Shown: positions 38,901-52,136 of the stretch, piece by piece
Layout of the letters: each line of letters begins with the position of its first letter
Numbering within the stretch: the stretch's first letter is position 1
Assembly (NCBI RefSeq): GCF_009914755.1
Contig: NC_060930.1
Direction: 5' to 3' (one strand)
DNA length: 64,000 nucleotides
From: the human T2T-CHM13v2.0 reference genome, Homo sapiens
Notes under the pieces: model-generated
What the model saw: the letters and a program-made list of their open reading frames with translations, nothing else
What the model was told of the DNA's origin: nothing
Databases searched by the model: none
Position numbers and translations under genes: made by a program

Positions 38901-41900
38901 TGATCTTCTTCAGCTCAGCTCTGATTTTGGATATTTTGTTTTCTGTTAGCTTTAAGGGGTTGGTTTGCCCTTGCTCCTCTAGTTCTTTTAGTTGTGATAT
39001 TAGGTTGTTAATTTGAGATCTTTCTAAATTTTTGATGGAGGTGTTTAGTGCTATAAATAATCCTCTTAAAATTACCTTAGCTGTGTCCCAGTGATTCTTG
39101 TTTGTTATATCTTTGTTCTTATTAATTTCAAGGAACATTTTTATTTTTACCTTAACTTCATTACTTACCCAATAGTCATTCATGATCAGGTTATTTAATT
39201 TCCATGAAATTGCATGGTTTTGAGTGATTTTAGTGTTGATTTCTATTTTTATTGCTCTGTGGTCTGAGAGTGTGTTTGGTATGATTTTGGTTCCTTTGCA
39301 TTTGCTTAAGATTGTTTTGTTTTATTGTGTGGTCAATTTTAGAGTATGTGCCATGTGGTGATGAGAAGAATGTATGTCCTGTTGTTATTTGAGTGGAGAA
39401 TTCTGTAGAGGTCCATCAGATCCATTTGGTTCAATGTTGAATTCAGGTCCTGAATATCTTTATTAATTTTCTGCCTTGATGATCTGTTTAATACTGTCAG
39501 TGGAATGATGAAGTCCCCCACTATTATTGAATGGGAGTCTGTCTCTTTGTAGATCTCTAAGAACTTGCTTTATGAATCTGGTTGCTCCTGTTCTGGGTGC
39601 ATATATATTTAGGACAGTTAGATCTTCTTGTTGAATTGGACCCTTTACCATCACGTAATGCCTTTCTTTGTCTTTTTTGATCTTTATTGGTTTAAAGTCT
39701 GTTTTGTCTGAAATTAGGATTGTAAAACCTGCTTTTTTCTGATTTCAATTTGCTTGGTAGATTTTCCTCCATTATTTTATTTTGAGCCTATGAGTGTCCC
39801 TGTGTGTGAGATGGGTATCTTGAAGATCATATACAATTGGGTGTTGCATTTTAATCAAGTTTGCCACTCCGTGCCCTTTAAATGGGGGCTTTTAGCCCAT
39901 TTACATTCAAGGTTCATATTGATATGTATAGATTTGACCTGTCATTGTGGTGTTAGCTAGTTATTATGCCAGCTTGTTTGTGTTTTGCTTTATAGTGTCA
40001 TTGGTCTTTGTACTTAAGTATGTTTTTGTATTGGCTGGCAAGGGTCTTTCTTTTCCATATTTAGCGCTCCTTTCAGGATCTCTTGTAAAGCAGGTCTGGT
40101 GGTAACAAACTCCCTAAGCATTTGCTTATCTGAAGAGGATATTATTTCTCTTTTGCTGAGAAAGCTTAGTTTGGATAGATATAAAATCATTGGTTGAAGA
40201 TTTCTTTCTGTAGGAATGTTGAATATAGGCCCCCAATTTCTTCTGGCTTGTAGGATTTTTGCTGAGATATCCACTGTTAACTTGATTGGGGTTTCCTTTG
40301 TAGGTGACCTGCCCTTTCTCTCTAGTTGCCTTTACCATTGTGTCTTTCATTTTGACTTTGGAAAATCTGATGGTTATGTGTCTTGGGGATGATCTTCTTG
40401 TGTAGAATCTTGCAGGGTTCTCTGTATTTCCTGAAGTTGGCTGTTTGCCTCTCTAGTGAGTTGGGGAAGTTTTCACGAGTGCTATTCTGAAATATGTTTT
40501 CCAAGTTGTTTGCTTTCTCCCCATCCCTTTCAGGGATGCCAGTGATTCATAGATATGGCCTCTTTAGATAATTCCATATATTTCAGCAATTTTGTTTGTT
40601 CCTTTTCATTCTTTTGCTTTATTTATGTCTGTCTTATTTCAGAGAACCAGTTTTCAAGTTTCGGGATTCTTTCCTCAGCTTGGTCTATTTTGCTGTTCAT
40701 ATTTGTGACTGCATTGTGAAATTCTTGTAGTGTGGTTTTCACCTCTATTAGACCAGTTAGGCAATTTTTTATACTGGATATTTCATCTGTCAGCTCCTAT
40801 ACTTTTTATTGTGATTCTTAGTTTCCTTGGATTGGGTTTTGCTGTTCTAAATCTCGAATTCCTATCCATATTCTGAATTCTATTTCTGTCATTTCAGCCA
40901 ACACAGCTTGGTCAAGAAGCTTTCTTGTAGAACTAGTGCAGTCTTTTGGAGGCTGTAAGGCTCTGAAGATTTAACTTGCCAGAGTTACTGCATTGTTTCT
41001 TTCTCATCTCTGTGTGTGGGTGTTCTTTTAACTGCTGGGCGGCCTCTGATTAAAGTGGCCAGGTGGGGGCAGGGTGGCGATGCTGGAGTCCCAGGTTGGG
41101 CCACCCAACCAAGTGAGGAGAAGTGAGAACCAGGACTGCATGAAGAACTGTCCGGTTACTTTTCTGCAAGGTGGGTGCTCTGTGCTCGTAGTCCAAACCA
41201 GCCCCTGGTCCCCGTGGACTTTCCAGAGCCTCGAGACCGCATGGGCAAGGACTGTGAGACGGCAAAGGTGGCAACCAACCCCCCTACTGGGAGCTCTGTC
41301 TCAGGCAGTTGCAGAGCCACTACTTGCTTGATAGTCCCTGCCGTGGGTAGTTGGAGGCCCAGACCAGGAGAACCCACCCAGTGAGGAGATATGGGATTGG
41401 GGACCCATGTAATAAACAGTCTGGCCACTTTTCCATAGGGCTGCTGAAGTTTGCTGGGGGTCCACTTTAGTCCCTGGTCATCTTGGATTTTCTGGCACCT
41501 TAAGGTATCAACAGTGAAGGCTGTAAAACAGCAAAGATGGTGGCTTGCCCTCTGTCTGGGAGCTCTGTCCCAAGGAGATACGAACCTGTTGCCAGCAAAA
41601 CTGCCTCCACACCAGTGGAGGTGATTGTAGACCTCAGCTGGGAGATTATGTCCAGTGAAGAGACACAGGATCCAGGACCCCTGTAAAAAAGCAGTCTACT
41701 CACTTCTTGTAGAGCTGCTGTGCTGTGCTGGTGGACTGTTTCAATCACTAGTTGCCTCAGACTCCTTGGAGCCCAAAGACAACAGTGGCTAAGACTGTGA
41801 AACTGGAATGATGGCAGACCATCCCTCCCCCTGGGATCTCCATCCCAGGAGGCTTGGAACCACTGCCAGCTGGAAAACACCAGCAAGAGTGGCTGGTGGC

Positions 41901-42652
41901 CCCAGTCTGGAGGTCCTTCCCAGTGAAGAGAAGCAGGGTTAGGGACTCATAAAAAAAAAGCAGGCTTGCTGCTCTTCCACAGGGCAGCTGCAGTGAAGGC
42001 AATAATGGCTATGCCTGCACTAAAGCAAAGATGGCAGCCTGCCCCTCCCTCTCAAGGCTCTACCTCAGGGAGGTGTAACACCGCTACCAGTGGCTGGCTG
42101 GAGCTCCAAGCTAGTGTGTCTTATTTTGTGAGGTGCTGTGGAAATGGGGCCTACAGAGTGTTGCTGCTCAGCCCCTTGCATTCAGCCCCTTTTCTAGGGG
42201 TGTGTGTGGGGGTCTAACATCCTACTTTGCTGGAGTTGCAGCTGCTATTGGGCGGAAGCTCAGATATCAAAAGCTCCTGGGGCTCCATATGTGCTTGAGT
42301 GGCTGTTCTGCCAAGACTCCATGTAGTTCCGCAAGTTGGACTGTGGTCCCAGGTGGAGTGGGTTCACAAGAAGATCACCTGACCTGAGGGTTGCAAAAAT
42401 CTATGAAAGAAGCATGGGTTGCCACTCACTGACTGCTTCCCTGGGTGGGGAGGTTCCTCTGGCTCTGTGTCATTCCTGGGTGGGTGGTTGTCCTGCCTTG
42501 CTTTTCTCTATCCCTCATGGGTTGAGTTGTTTTCTTGATGAATCCCAATGTGTGGACCCAGATGTTTCAGTTGAAGGTGTTGTATTTACTTGCCCCTTCT
42601 GTTTCTCTTTGTGAGAGTGGTGCACACTAGCTGCTTCTAATCAGCCATCGTG
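35962..42652 (-). mobile_element. Near full-length, inactivated L1PA15/16-like LINE
   Basis: Broken ORF2 (e.g. [16 protein letters not shown]) and ORF1 (LQARRNWGPIFNI) fragments; repeated 5'UTR units at ~41100-42100; 5' start cacgatggctgattagaagcagctagtgtg. Confidence 0.93.
37822..37888 (-). mobile_element. ~65-bp young L1PA 3' terminus nested in the older L1
   Basis: ttattatactttaagttttagggtacatgtgcacaacgtgca. Confidence 0.85.
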
Positions 42653-43194
42653 AAAAGTCTTTAAATTTTAAATTTAAATTAAAATATTTAAATATTTTAA
42701 GATTTGAAGCTATTGGCCTGCCAGAATGAGGTATGCTGGTATACAAATAAATATAAATGGAAAAATTACTTCCAAAATAAATTAATATAGACTTTTTTCA
42801 TTGTAAATGAGTTAACTTTTTGATGAATTTAGGAGCAGAGATACATTATTGATTGTATTTAAGAAAAACTCCATAAGCTTATCTGTGCGTCCTTACTTTG
42901 AAAGGAACTAAACTTTATTTAGCCCCTGCTTTATGTCAGAAATTGTACTGAGTTCTTTGTTTATTTAATGGAATCTTCTATTTGAATTCATTTTTGGTGA
43001 GCATTTGTAGATGATTTATAACTCTAAGACATTGTCCTGAAGTTATATCTACTGCTTTATACAATAAAATAGTATCATTTTAAACTTAGCTATAAATCAT
43101 AAACTGACCTTAAGACCATAAACAGGTCTTAGTACTTGACCAAATAACTTTATGTAAAGCAAGATACTTCTAAATATTTATATTTAAAGTTATT

Positions 43195-43325
43195 GTTTTC
43201 TTTCTTTTCTTTTCTTTTCCTTCCTTCCTTCCTTCCTTCCTTCCTTCCTTCCTTCCTTCCTTCCTTCCTTCCTTCCTTCCCTCTCTCTTTCCTCTCTTTT
43301 CTCTCTCTCTCTCTCTCTCTCTTTC
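43195..43325. repeat. (TTCC)n/(TC)n polypyrimidine tract
   Basis: Seen directly. Confidence 0.95.
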
Positions 43326-44123
43326 ACTTGGAGAATGTGAAAACTAGAAGACCACAGATAAAATTTTTAAGTTAACTTTTCCTGAATCTGTTTAGCTTTA
43401 AACTGAGGTGGATTAAGAAGAAAGGGATGCTAACCACTTACAAATATGATTAAGTCTTCTAGACCTCCAACACTGAGTAAGAAGGGAAAACTGCTCAGTT
43501 TTCAGAACTCCACTTATGATTATTTGTATGAACATGGCAAAAATCAAAGATAATTTTGCTAATTAATGCAAAGAAACATTTGAAACATGTCATAATATTT
43601 GTTGTACAGTAAATTTCTCTGATCTATTTGTAGTTCAAAAGAAATCATATATTTACTTTTAATTGTTACTATCAATAAAATTCTCTTGAGATTAATGAGT
43701 TGGCTTTTCAATGGAGTTTAATGTGACAATGGAAATAAATGTACTTGTCACAGAGTGTGGCCCATAACAGACACACCATGATTGTTCATTTTTTCGTACC
43801 CTAGACATACTTTGTATGTATAAAAGGTATGGAATTTCTTTCATGTTTATCTCTTCTGTTATCTAGCTAAAGTCATAAATCTCCATCTCCAGCATCTTGA
43901 ACTATTTTCTTTATTGTCTCTCCTCCCAGTTTAAAAATGTGCTTATGTCTCCCCAGTCCTTAGCAAACACACTAACTACAGTCTTCCTCTAATCTTGCCT
44001 TTGAAACATGAGCACTAACTCTTCTGGATGTTCTGTGCTGTCCGGTCTTTGTGACCATGCTCCATGCTTTGGCTCTCTAATTACTCCTTCTCATTCTTCT
44101 GCTGTCTCCTTTTTCCACCAATG

Positions 44124-44235
44124 TAGGGTAATCAGCTATCCCAGTTTGCCAAGGATTGTCTCAAGTTTAGCACCAAAAGCCCCTGTTTGAGGAAATCCCT
44201 CAGTCCTGGGCAAACTAAGAAAGTCAATCAACCTA
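44124..44235. mobile_element. MER81 (hAT-Blackjack MITE)
   Basis: tagggtaatcagctatcccagtttgcc...gaaatccctcagtcctgggcaaac...caaccta, ~112 bp. Confidence 0.8.
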
Positions 44236-44332
44236 AATTCAACCCTTAAATGTTGGCATTCCTCAGACTTCCAACCTTAGTTCTCATCTCTTTCTTAGCA
44301 AGAATTTTTGCATTCTGCAGAGGCTTCAACTA

Positions 44333-44722
44333 CAGTCATGTACCACATGAAAATGTTTTGGTCACTGATGAACTGCTTATATGATGATGATTCTATACAA
44401 TTATAATGAAGCTGAAAATTCCTATTGTTTAGTGATGTTGTAGCTGTTGTAATGTCATAAAATCATAGTGTAATGCATTGCCTTTCCTATGTTTAGATAT
44501 ACAATTTCTTACCATTCTGTTACAATTGTCTACAGTATTCAGAACAGTAACATGCTGTGCAGGTTTGCAGCCAGGAGCAATAGGCTGTATCATGTTACCT
44601 AGGTATATAGGAAGCTATAGCATCTAGGTTTGTCTAAGTACACTCTATGATGCTCATAAAATGAAATCATCTAGCAATGCATTTTTAAGAAACTATACCT
44701 GTTGTTAAGCAACACATGACTG
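44333..44722. mobile_element. Tigger3 (Golem/MER7)-type DNA transposon
   Basis: TIRs cagtcatgt/acatgactg flanked by TA TSDs. Confidence 0.85.
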
Positions 44723-44799
44723 TATTGACAATGTATCACTGATGACCAATTTTATATCTCCAGTCATAAGTGCTCTGCTGAATCACAAACACTATTTCT

Positions 44800-45045
44800 G
44801 AGAAAAGGACATGAGTTGTGGGGTAGGCTCATAAAATCTTGTGTTCAAATTCAAGCTATACCAGCTACTAAGTATGCAGTGTTGCATAATTACTTACCTC
44901 TCCAATTTATAGTTTACTATCTTGCAAATGAGGACAATCCTCAACTTAAAAGATTGTTGTGAGTATTAATGCTAAAAATTGTCAAGTTCTCGGTACAGTG
45001 CTGGTATGAAAAAAATCAATTTGCAACTATTTTTACATTATTATT
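44800..45045 (+). mobile_element. MIR
   Basis: gtgttcaaattcaagct...ttacttacctct...agattgttgtgagtattaat...tacagtgctgg. Confidence 0.75.
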
Positions 45046-45439
45046 GCTGCTATATTTTATTCTAGTGCTTTTCAGAATTTTTTCCACCGCAGCTCATCTG
45101 AAGGATGTAAAAATACTCCAATAAATAGAATGGCTCAATATGGAAGAAATTTTCAAAGGAGAAGAGAGGCATGTCTAACCTAGAAAAAAGCCCCCAAGTA
45201 GTCCTGGCATTCAAGCTCTTGGTAGATCAGAGTCCCTTCAGCTCTTCTGTCTCCATGCTCTTGTTCTAACAAGTTCAAAAGACATTGTTACCGTGGCTAT
45301 AAATTTAGTTAGCATATTGAAAAATAAAAAATTATTTTCTTGTATCCTCCTTACATTCCTGAATGTTTCCTTATCCTATTCTATGTGCTTGTTCAATCAC
45401 CTACCACTCATTAATTTAATCCAATCTTTTTTTTTCTAG

Positions 45440-45622
45440 ATTAGAAATTCTTAAAAGTTAAGTGTACCTTAGAATTATCTGGAGGTTGTGTTAAAACACA
45501 CATTTCTGGCTCTTCAACCAGGGTTTCTGATTTGCAGCTCTGGAGTGAGGCCTGAAGATGTACATTTCTAGTAAGCTGCTAGACGATGCTGGTTCAGGGA
45601 CTATACTTTGAAAACTACTATT
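45440..45622. mobile_element. MER5A
   Basis: agaattatctggagg...tgttaaaacaca...tctggagtgaggcctgaag...catttcta...actatactttgaaaactact. Confidence 0.8.
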
Positions 45623-48600
45623 TTAGGATATTTAAATGACATGGCAGTTTAACTTATTTTTAACCTCGAGTATTTGTTTTATTTTTCCTCCTCTTTCTTC
45701 TGCTGTTATTTCTCCTTCTCTTCTTCATTCTTTTAGCTTTTCTTACCTGGAAATCTGATTTTCTTCCTCGCTCTTGGCATTATAAATGAACGAGACCTTG
45801 CAATTCTGCATATTTTTATTATTTTATCTAACCTCTATTTCCATATGCAATTAGGAATCTAGTATAGTATGTGAATTCCATGTCATCCCTAGGTCTTTAC
45901 ATTCTTAGATGCGTGAAACCTGATAGTCAAGAGACTCAGTGAAAGTGAAGTTTAGTTATGTTTAAATGGCTTAAATTTTACCTTTTATTATGCCTATTCT
46001 GCTTGATTATTTATGAAATGTTGAGTAAAAATGGAAAAATGTGCATATAATAAAATTGTAGACACCACTGAGCATGACCACTCTTTTATTTTATAGACCT
46101 GAGCATGAAGAATTTAAATGATATTCTGAAAGTCATAATGGTAGCTCAAAGAAGAAAATTCAGAATTTCTTAGTGTAGTACATATGCTGGTCCATTACAG
46201 CTTGTTTTAATATCATAACAATTCAGTTTATGGATTGAAGTAATATTTAGGTCACTCTTAGGGTAGTGACAGTCCTAGAGCTATCTATGGATTGATTTCC
46301 ATATTAGTAGAATTGTTGACTATACCTTTCTGGAATAGAGACATCCAATGAGGTAAAATACAATAAAACATTGCATTTTTTTCTGTTGTTGAAATGGTTG
46401 ATTTTTGGAACCTTAATGGGAATTTTTTCTTTCCTCCTTGCTTTTCTGCCTGTGAACACAACCATTGTGTGTGTGTGTTTTAATACTGTGGAGCACTGCA
46501 GCATGTGGAACGTGAGTGAGCATCAAATGGGGAACACAGAACATTTTAACCTACTGAGAACTTTCACTTTCCAGGGTGACCTGTTTGTACTCTGTGCCAA
46601 GAGACCTCTAAGAGGCCGACAGCTGCTTTCATTTTTTCATTGTAGACATGAAGTGCAGCCCCTGCAGCAGCTGCAGAGCCCCCCACCTCCCATTCCGCAT
46701 ATACTAAGAAAAGGGACTCTTTAATCTCTGGGCCTGAGAAAAAATTTATTAAGGAATGAAATAGGGCCACAGAATTCCTGGGGTGAGCCTCTGTAACACA
46801 GCAGGTGGTGGCCAGGAAGCCATGACAAAATCAAGGAAAAAGATTCAGATTTTTTTTTTTTTTTTTGAGGCTATGCGTGATTAGCAAAAGACATGTGGGT
46901 TACAGCTGTCCCTTAGAGAAGATCACATTTTGCATCTTGAAGAATGAAGGGCGGCTTTCCCTCTAATGAATTTGAAAGACTTCCTTGGCAGATTGTTTTG
47001 TTATAAGCTAGAGATCCCCAGTTGTATTTTATTTTTTGTTCTTTTCTAAACTAGTTCCATCCAGCCTAATGAATCTTAAAGCTCTTCAAAAGTTAGCAAT
47101 AGGAAATGAGATTTCTTGTCTTTCCTTCTTCCCTTTCTTTAAAAAAAATTTATTTTATTAAATATGGTCTTTATTAATTCTTGGACAAGGCCTCTGTGTG
47201 TTGCATCAATTTCAAGACCTATTGGTGATTGCTGTCTGTCATTCTGCTTCCAAAGTAAACTAACTGGATATTGAAGCAAAGGCAGAAATGAGAGGACAAG
47301 GGCCAATACCAAAGACGAACAGAAGCAGCAGTAACAGACCCTTAAATAACTGTTTTTTTTAAAATCAACATGAGATAACTGTACATATTTATGTGATGTA
47401 TGTGATAGTTTCATGCATGTATCCAATGTGTAATAGTCAAATCAGGGTAATTGGTATATTCGTTACCTCAATTATCATTTCTAGTTATTTTTACAATAAA
47501 CTATAGTCACCTTGTTGTGCTATAGAACACTAGACTCATTCCTACTATTTAGTTGTAGTTTTGTCCCTGTTAATCTACCTCTTCTTATCTCCCTCACCCC
47601 TTTATCCTTCTCAGCCTCTGGTAACCAGTATTCTACTCTCTACTTCTATGAGATAAACTTTTTAAAGTTTCCACGTATAAGAACATGTGGTATTTATTTC
47701 TCTGTGCCTGACTTATTTCACTTAACACAAATGTTCTCTAGGCTCATCCATGTTGCTGCAAATGAAGGTATTTAATTTTTTATGGCTAAATAATTTTCTA
47801 TTGTGTATATATACCACATTTTTTCATCCATTAATCTGTTGATGGACAATTAGATTGCTTCCAAATCTTGACTATTGTGACTAGTGTGATAAACATGAAA
47901 GTTCAGATATCTCTTCTACATAATGATGTCCTTTCCTTTGTGTATACATTCAGTTGTGGGATTGCTGGATCATATGATATTTCTATTTTTAGTTTTTTTG
48001 GGAATCTCTGTACTGTTTTCCACTATGGCTTGCTAATTTACATTCACACAAACAGTATATGAATTCCCATTTCTTCACATCTTTGCCAGTTTTTGTCTTT
48101 TTGATCATAGTTACTCTAACGGTGGTGAGGTGATATCTCATTGTGGTTTTCATTTGAATCTCCAAGATTAGTGATATTGAACATTTTTCACATACCTGTT
48201 GGCCATGTGTATGTCTTCATTTAAAAAATATCTATTCTGATCATTTGTCCATTTTTAGTTGGATTATTTGTATTTTGCTTTAGAGTTGTTTGAGTACTTT
48301 AAATATTGTAGGTATTAATTTCTTGTCAGGTGGATAGTTTGCAAACATTTTAGTCCATTGTATAGGTTGTCTCTTCACTCTGTTGATTGTTTCCTTTGCT
48401 GTGTAGAAGCGTTTCAGTTTGATGTAATCTCATTTGTCTGTTTGTGTTTTTGTTGCCTGCACTTTTCAGGTCCAATTCAAAAAATTCTTGCCCAGACCAA
48501 TGTGATGAGCATTTCCCTTATGTTTTCTTCCAGTAATTTCATAGTTTTAGGTCTTACATGTGAGTCTTAATCCATTTTGATTTTTGTATGTGGTAGGAGA

Positions 48601-49887
48601 TAGAGGTCTAGTTTCCTTCTTCTGCATATGGTTATCTAGTTTTCCCAGCACCATTTATTGAAGAGTCTGTCTTTTTCCTATTGTATGTTCTTGGCACCTT
48701 TGTTGAAAATCAGTTGTCTGTAAATATGTGGATTAATTTCTGGATTATCTATTCCGTTTCATTGATCTATGTGTCTGTTCTTAGCTCAGTACCATACAGA
48801 TTTGGTTACAATAGCTTTGAAATTGTAGTGTGATGCCTCCAGCTGTGTTCTTTCTTCTCAGGATTGCTTTGATTATTCAGTCTTTTTTGTTTCCATATAA
48901 CTTTTAGGATGGATTTTTTTGTGTGTTTTTGTGAAAAATGTCATTGGTAGATCACTTTGGGTAGTATGGACATTTTAACAATATTAATGCTTCCAATTCA
49001 TGAGCATGATATACCATTCCATATTTTTGTGTGTGTCCTCTTCAATTTCTTTCATCAAACTTTTAAAGTTTTCAATGTAGTGGTCATTCACTTTATTGGT
49101 TAAATATATTCCTAGGTATTTTAATTATTTATTTTTGCAGCTATTGTAAAGGGGTTACTTTCTTGATTTCTTCTTTAGATTGTTCACTGTTGACCTATAG
49201 AAATGCTACCAATTTTGTAGGTTTTGTATCCTAAAACTTTACTAAATTTGTTTATCAGTTCTAAGAGTTTTTTGGTAGAGTCTTTAGGCTTTTCTAAATA
49301 TAAGATTATGTTATCTGCAAAAAGGGACAATTTGATTTTCTCTTTTCCAATTTGTATGCCCTTAATTTCTTTCTCTGGCATAATTGCTCTGGCTAGGACT
49401 TCCAGTATTATTTTGAATAAAAGTGATGAAAGTGGGTGTCTTTGTTTTTGTTCCAGATCTTAGAAGAAAGGCTTTCAACCTTTCCTGTTTAGTATGATGT
49501 TAGCTGTGGGATTGTCATGTTTAGCCTTTATTGAGTTGAGGTACATTCTTCCTATACCTGATTTGTTGGGATTTTTTTTTTATCATGAAGGGATGTTGAA
49601 TTTTATCAAATGTTTTTTGATAAAATTGAAATAATCATATGTTTTCTGTCCATTCTGTTGATGTGTTAAGTTTATTGATTTGCATATGTTGAAACATTCT
49701 GTCATCACTGGGATAAATCCCACTTGATAACAATGTATAATCTTTTAGATGTGTTGTTGGATTCAGTTTGCTTTCAGTATTTTGTTTAGAATTTTTTCCA
49801 TTTGTGTTCATCAGGAGTATTGGCCTATAGTTATTATGATTTTTTCTTTTTTTGTTGTGTCCTTATGTGCTTTTGGAATCAGGGTGA

Positions 49888-50250
<363 letters not shown>

Positions 50251-51574
50251 TGAAAAGAATTTGTATTAGTTCTTCCTTGAAAGTTTCAACAATTCAGCAG
50301 TGAATTCAGTCCTAGACTATTCTTTGTTGGGAGACTTTTGATTACGATTTAATCTCATTACTAATCATTGGTCTGTCCAGGTTTTCTATTCCTTCATGGT
50401 TCCATCTTGTAAGTTTTATTTGTCTAAGAATTTATCCATTTCTTGGTTTTCCAATTTGTTGGCATATAGTTTTCATGATAGTCTCTCATGATCCTTTGTA
50501 TTTTTGTGATTATCAGTCATAATGTCTCCCTTTTCATTTCTTATTTTATTTATTTGGATTTTCTCTCTTTTTATCTTAGCCTAGCGAAAGATTTGTCTAT
50601 TTGTTTACCTTTCGTAAAAAACAACTTTTTATTTTGTTGATATTTTGCATTTATTTAGTCTTAACATCGTGTATTTCTGCTCTGATTTTGGGGTTGTTTT
50701 TCACTTGATTTTCTAGTTCCTTGAGGTACATCATTAGGTTTGAAAGCTTTGTACTTTTTTGATGCAGGCATTTATTGCTATAAACTTCCCTCTTTGTATT
50801 GCTTTTACTGCATCCCATAGGTTTTAGTATGTTTTGCTTGCTTTTTTCTTTTTTTCAAAAATTTTTATCACTTTTTTAAAGTTCTCCTTTGATTCATTTG
50901 TTATTTAGAACCATGTTGTTTAATTTATGTGTATTTGTACAGTTCTCAAAGTTTCTCTTGTTATTGATTTCTCGTTTTATTCCATTGTAATCAGAAAGAT
51001 AGTTGATATAATTTCAACTTAAAAAATTATTTTGAGGCTGTTTTGTGTTCTAATATATGGTCTATCTTGGAGAATGCTTCATGTGATCATGAGAAAATGT
51101 GTATTCTGCAGCTGTTTGATAAAATGTTTTGTAAATGTCTGTTAGTTTTATTTGATCTGAAGTGTAGTTTAACTCCAGTGTTTCTTTGTTGATTTTATGT
51201 CTGGATGATCTGTCCCATTGCTGAAAATAGGGTGTTGAAGTCTTCTACTATTATTGTATTGTATTGTAGTATCTTCGTACTTTGGTGTTGTATGCATATA
51301 TATTTATAATTGTTATATCCTCTTGCTGAATTGAGCCCTTTATTATTCTATAATATTATAATTTAAATAAAGAGAGTTTCTTTGTCTCTTTTTATAGTTC
51401 GTGACTTAAGGTCTACCTTATCTGACATAGGTATAGCTACTCCTGCTTGGCTTTGGTTTCAATTTGCATAAAATATCTTTTTTCCACTTCTTCACTTTCA
51501 ATCTATGTGTGTTCTTACAGCCGAGATAAGTCCCTTATAAGCAGTATATAGCTTGATCTTGCTTTTTCATCCAT

Positions 51575-51828
51575 ATAATAACTGTGTGTACATATGTATG
51601 TTATATACACACAGTTATATGTATATACATATACACAAGTATACACATATACACAGACGTATGTATATACGTACACAGTTATTACATATATTATATATAA
51701 AATATGTATATATTATATATAAAATATATATTACATATATATTATATAAAAAATATTATATATAAAATATATATTGTGTATATATTATATATAAAATATA
51801 TATTATATATTGTGTGTATATATATATA
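51575..51828. repeat. TA-rich low-complexity tract next to the Alu tail
   Basis: Seen directly. Confidence 0.9.
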
Positions 51829-52136
51829 TTTTTTTTTTTTTTTTTTTTTTTTGAGGCAGAGTCTCACTCTGTTGCCCAGGCTGGAGTACAGTGGTATGAT
51901 CGCAGCTCACTGCTGCCTCAACTTCCTGAGCTCAGGTGATTGTCTCACCTCAGCCTCCCAAGTAGCTAGGACTACCAGTGTGTAACACCATGCCTGGCTA
52001 ATTTTTTGTATTTTTTTGCAGAGACATGGTTTTGCTATGCTGCCCAGGCTTGTCTTGAACCCCTGAGCTCAAGAGATCTCCCTGCCTCAGCCTCCCAAAG
52101 TGCTGGGATTACAGTCATGAGCCACCACGCCTGGCT
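51829..52136 (-). mobile_element. AluJ
   Basis: gatcgcagctcactgctgcctcaacttcctgagctcagg; gctcaagagatctc. Confidence 0.92.

Noticed and set aside
41050-42614. Cluster of overlapping GC-richer ORFs
   Set aside because: They lie in the repeated 5'UTR of the old L1PA15/16-like element.
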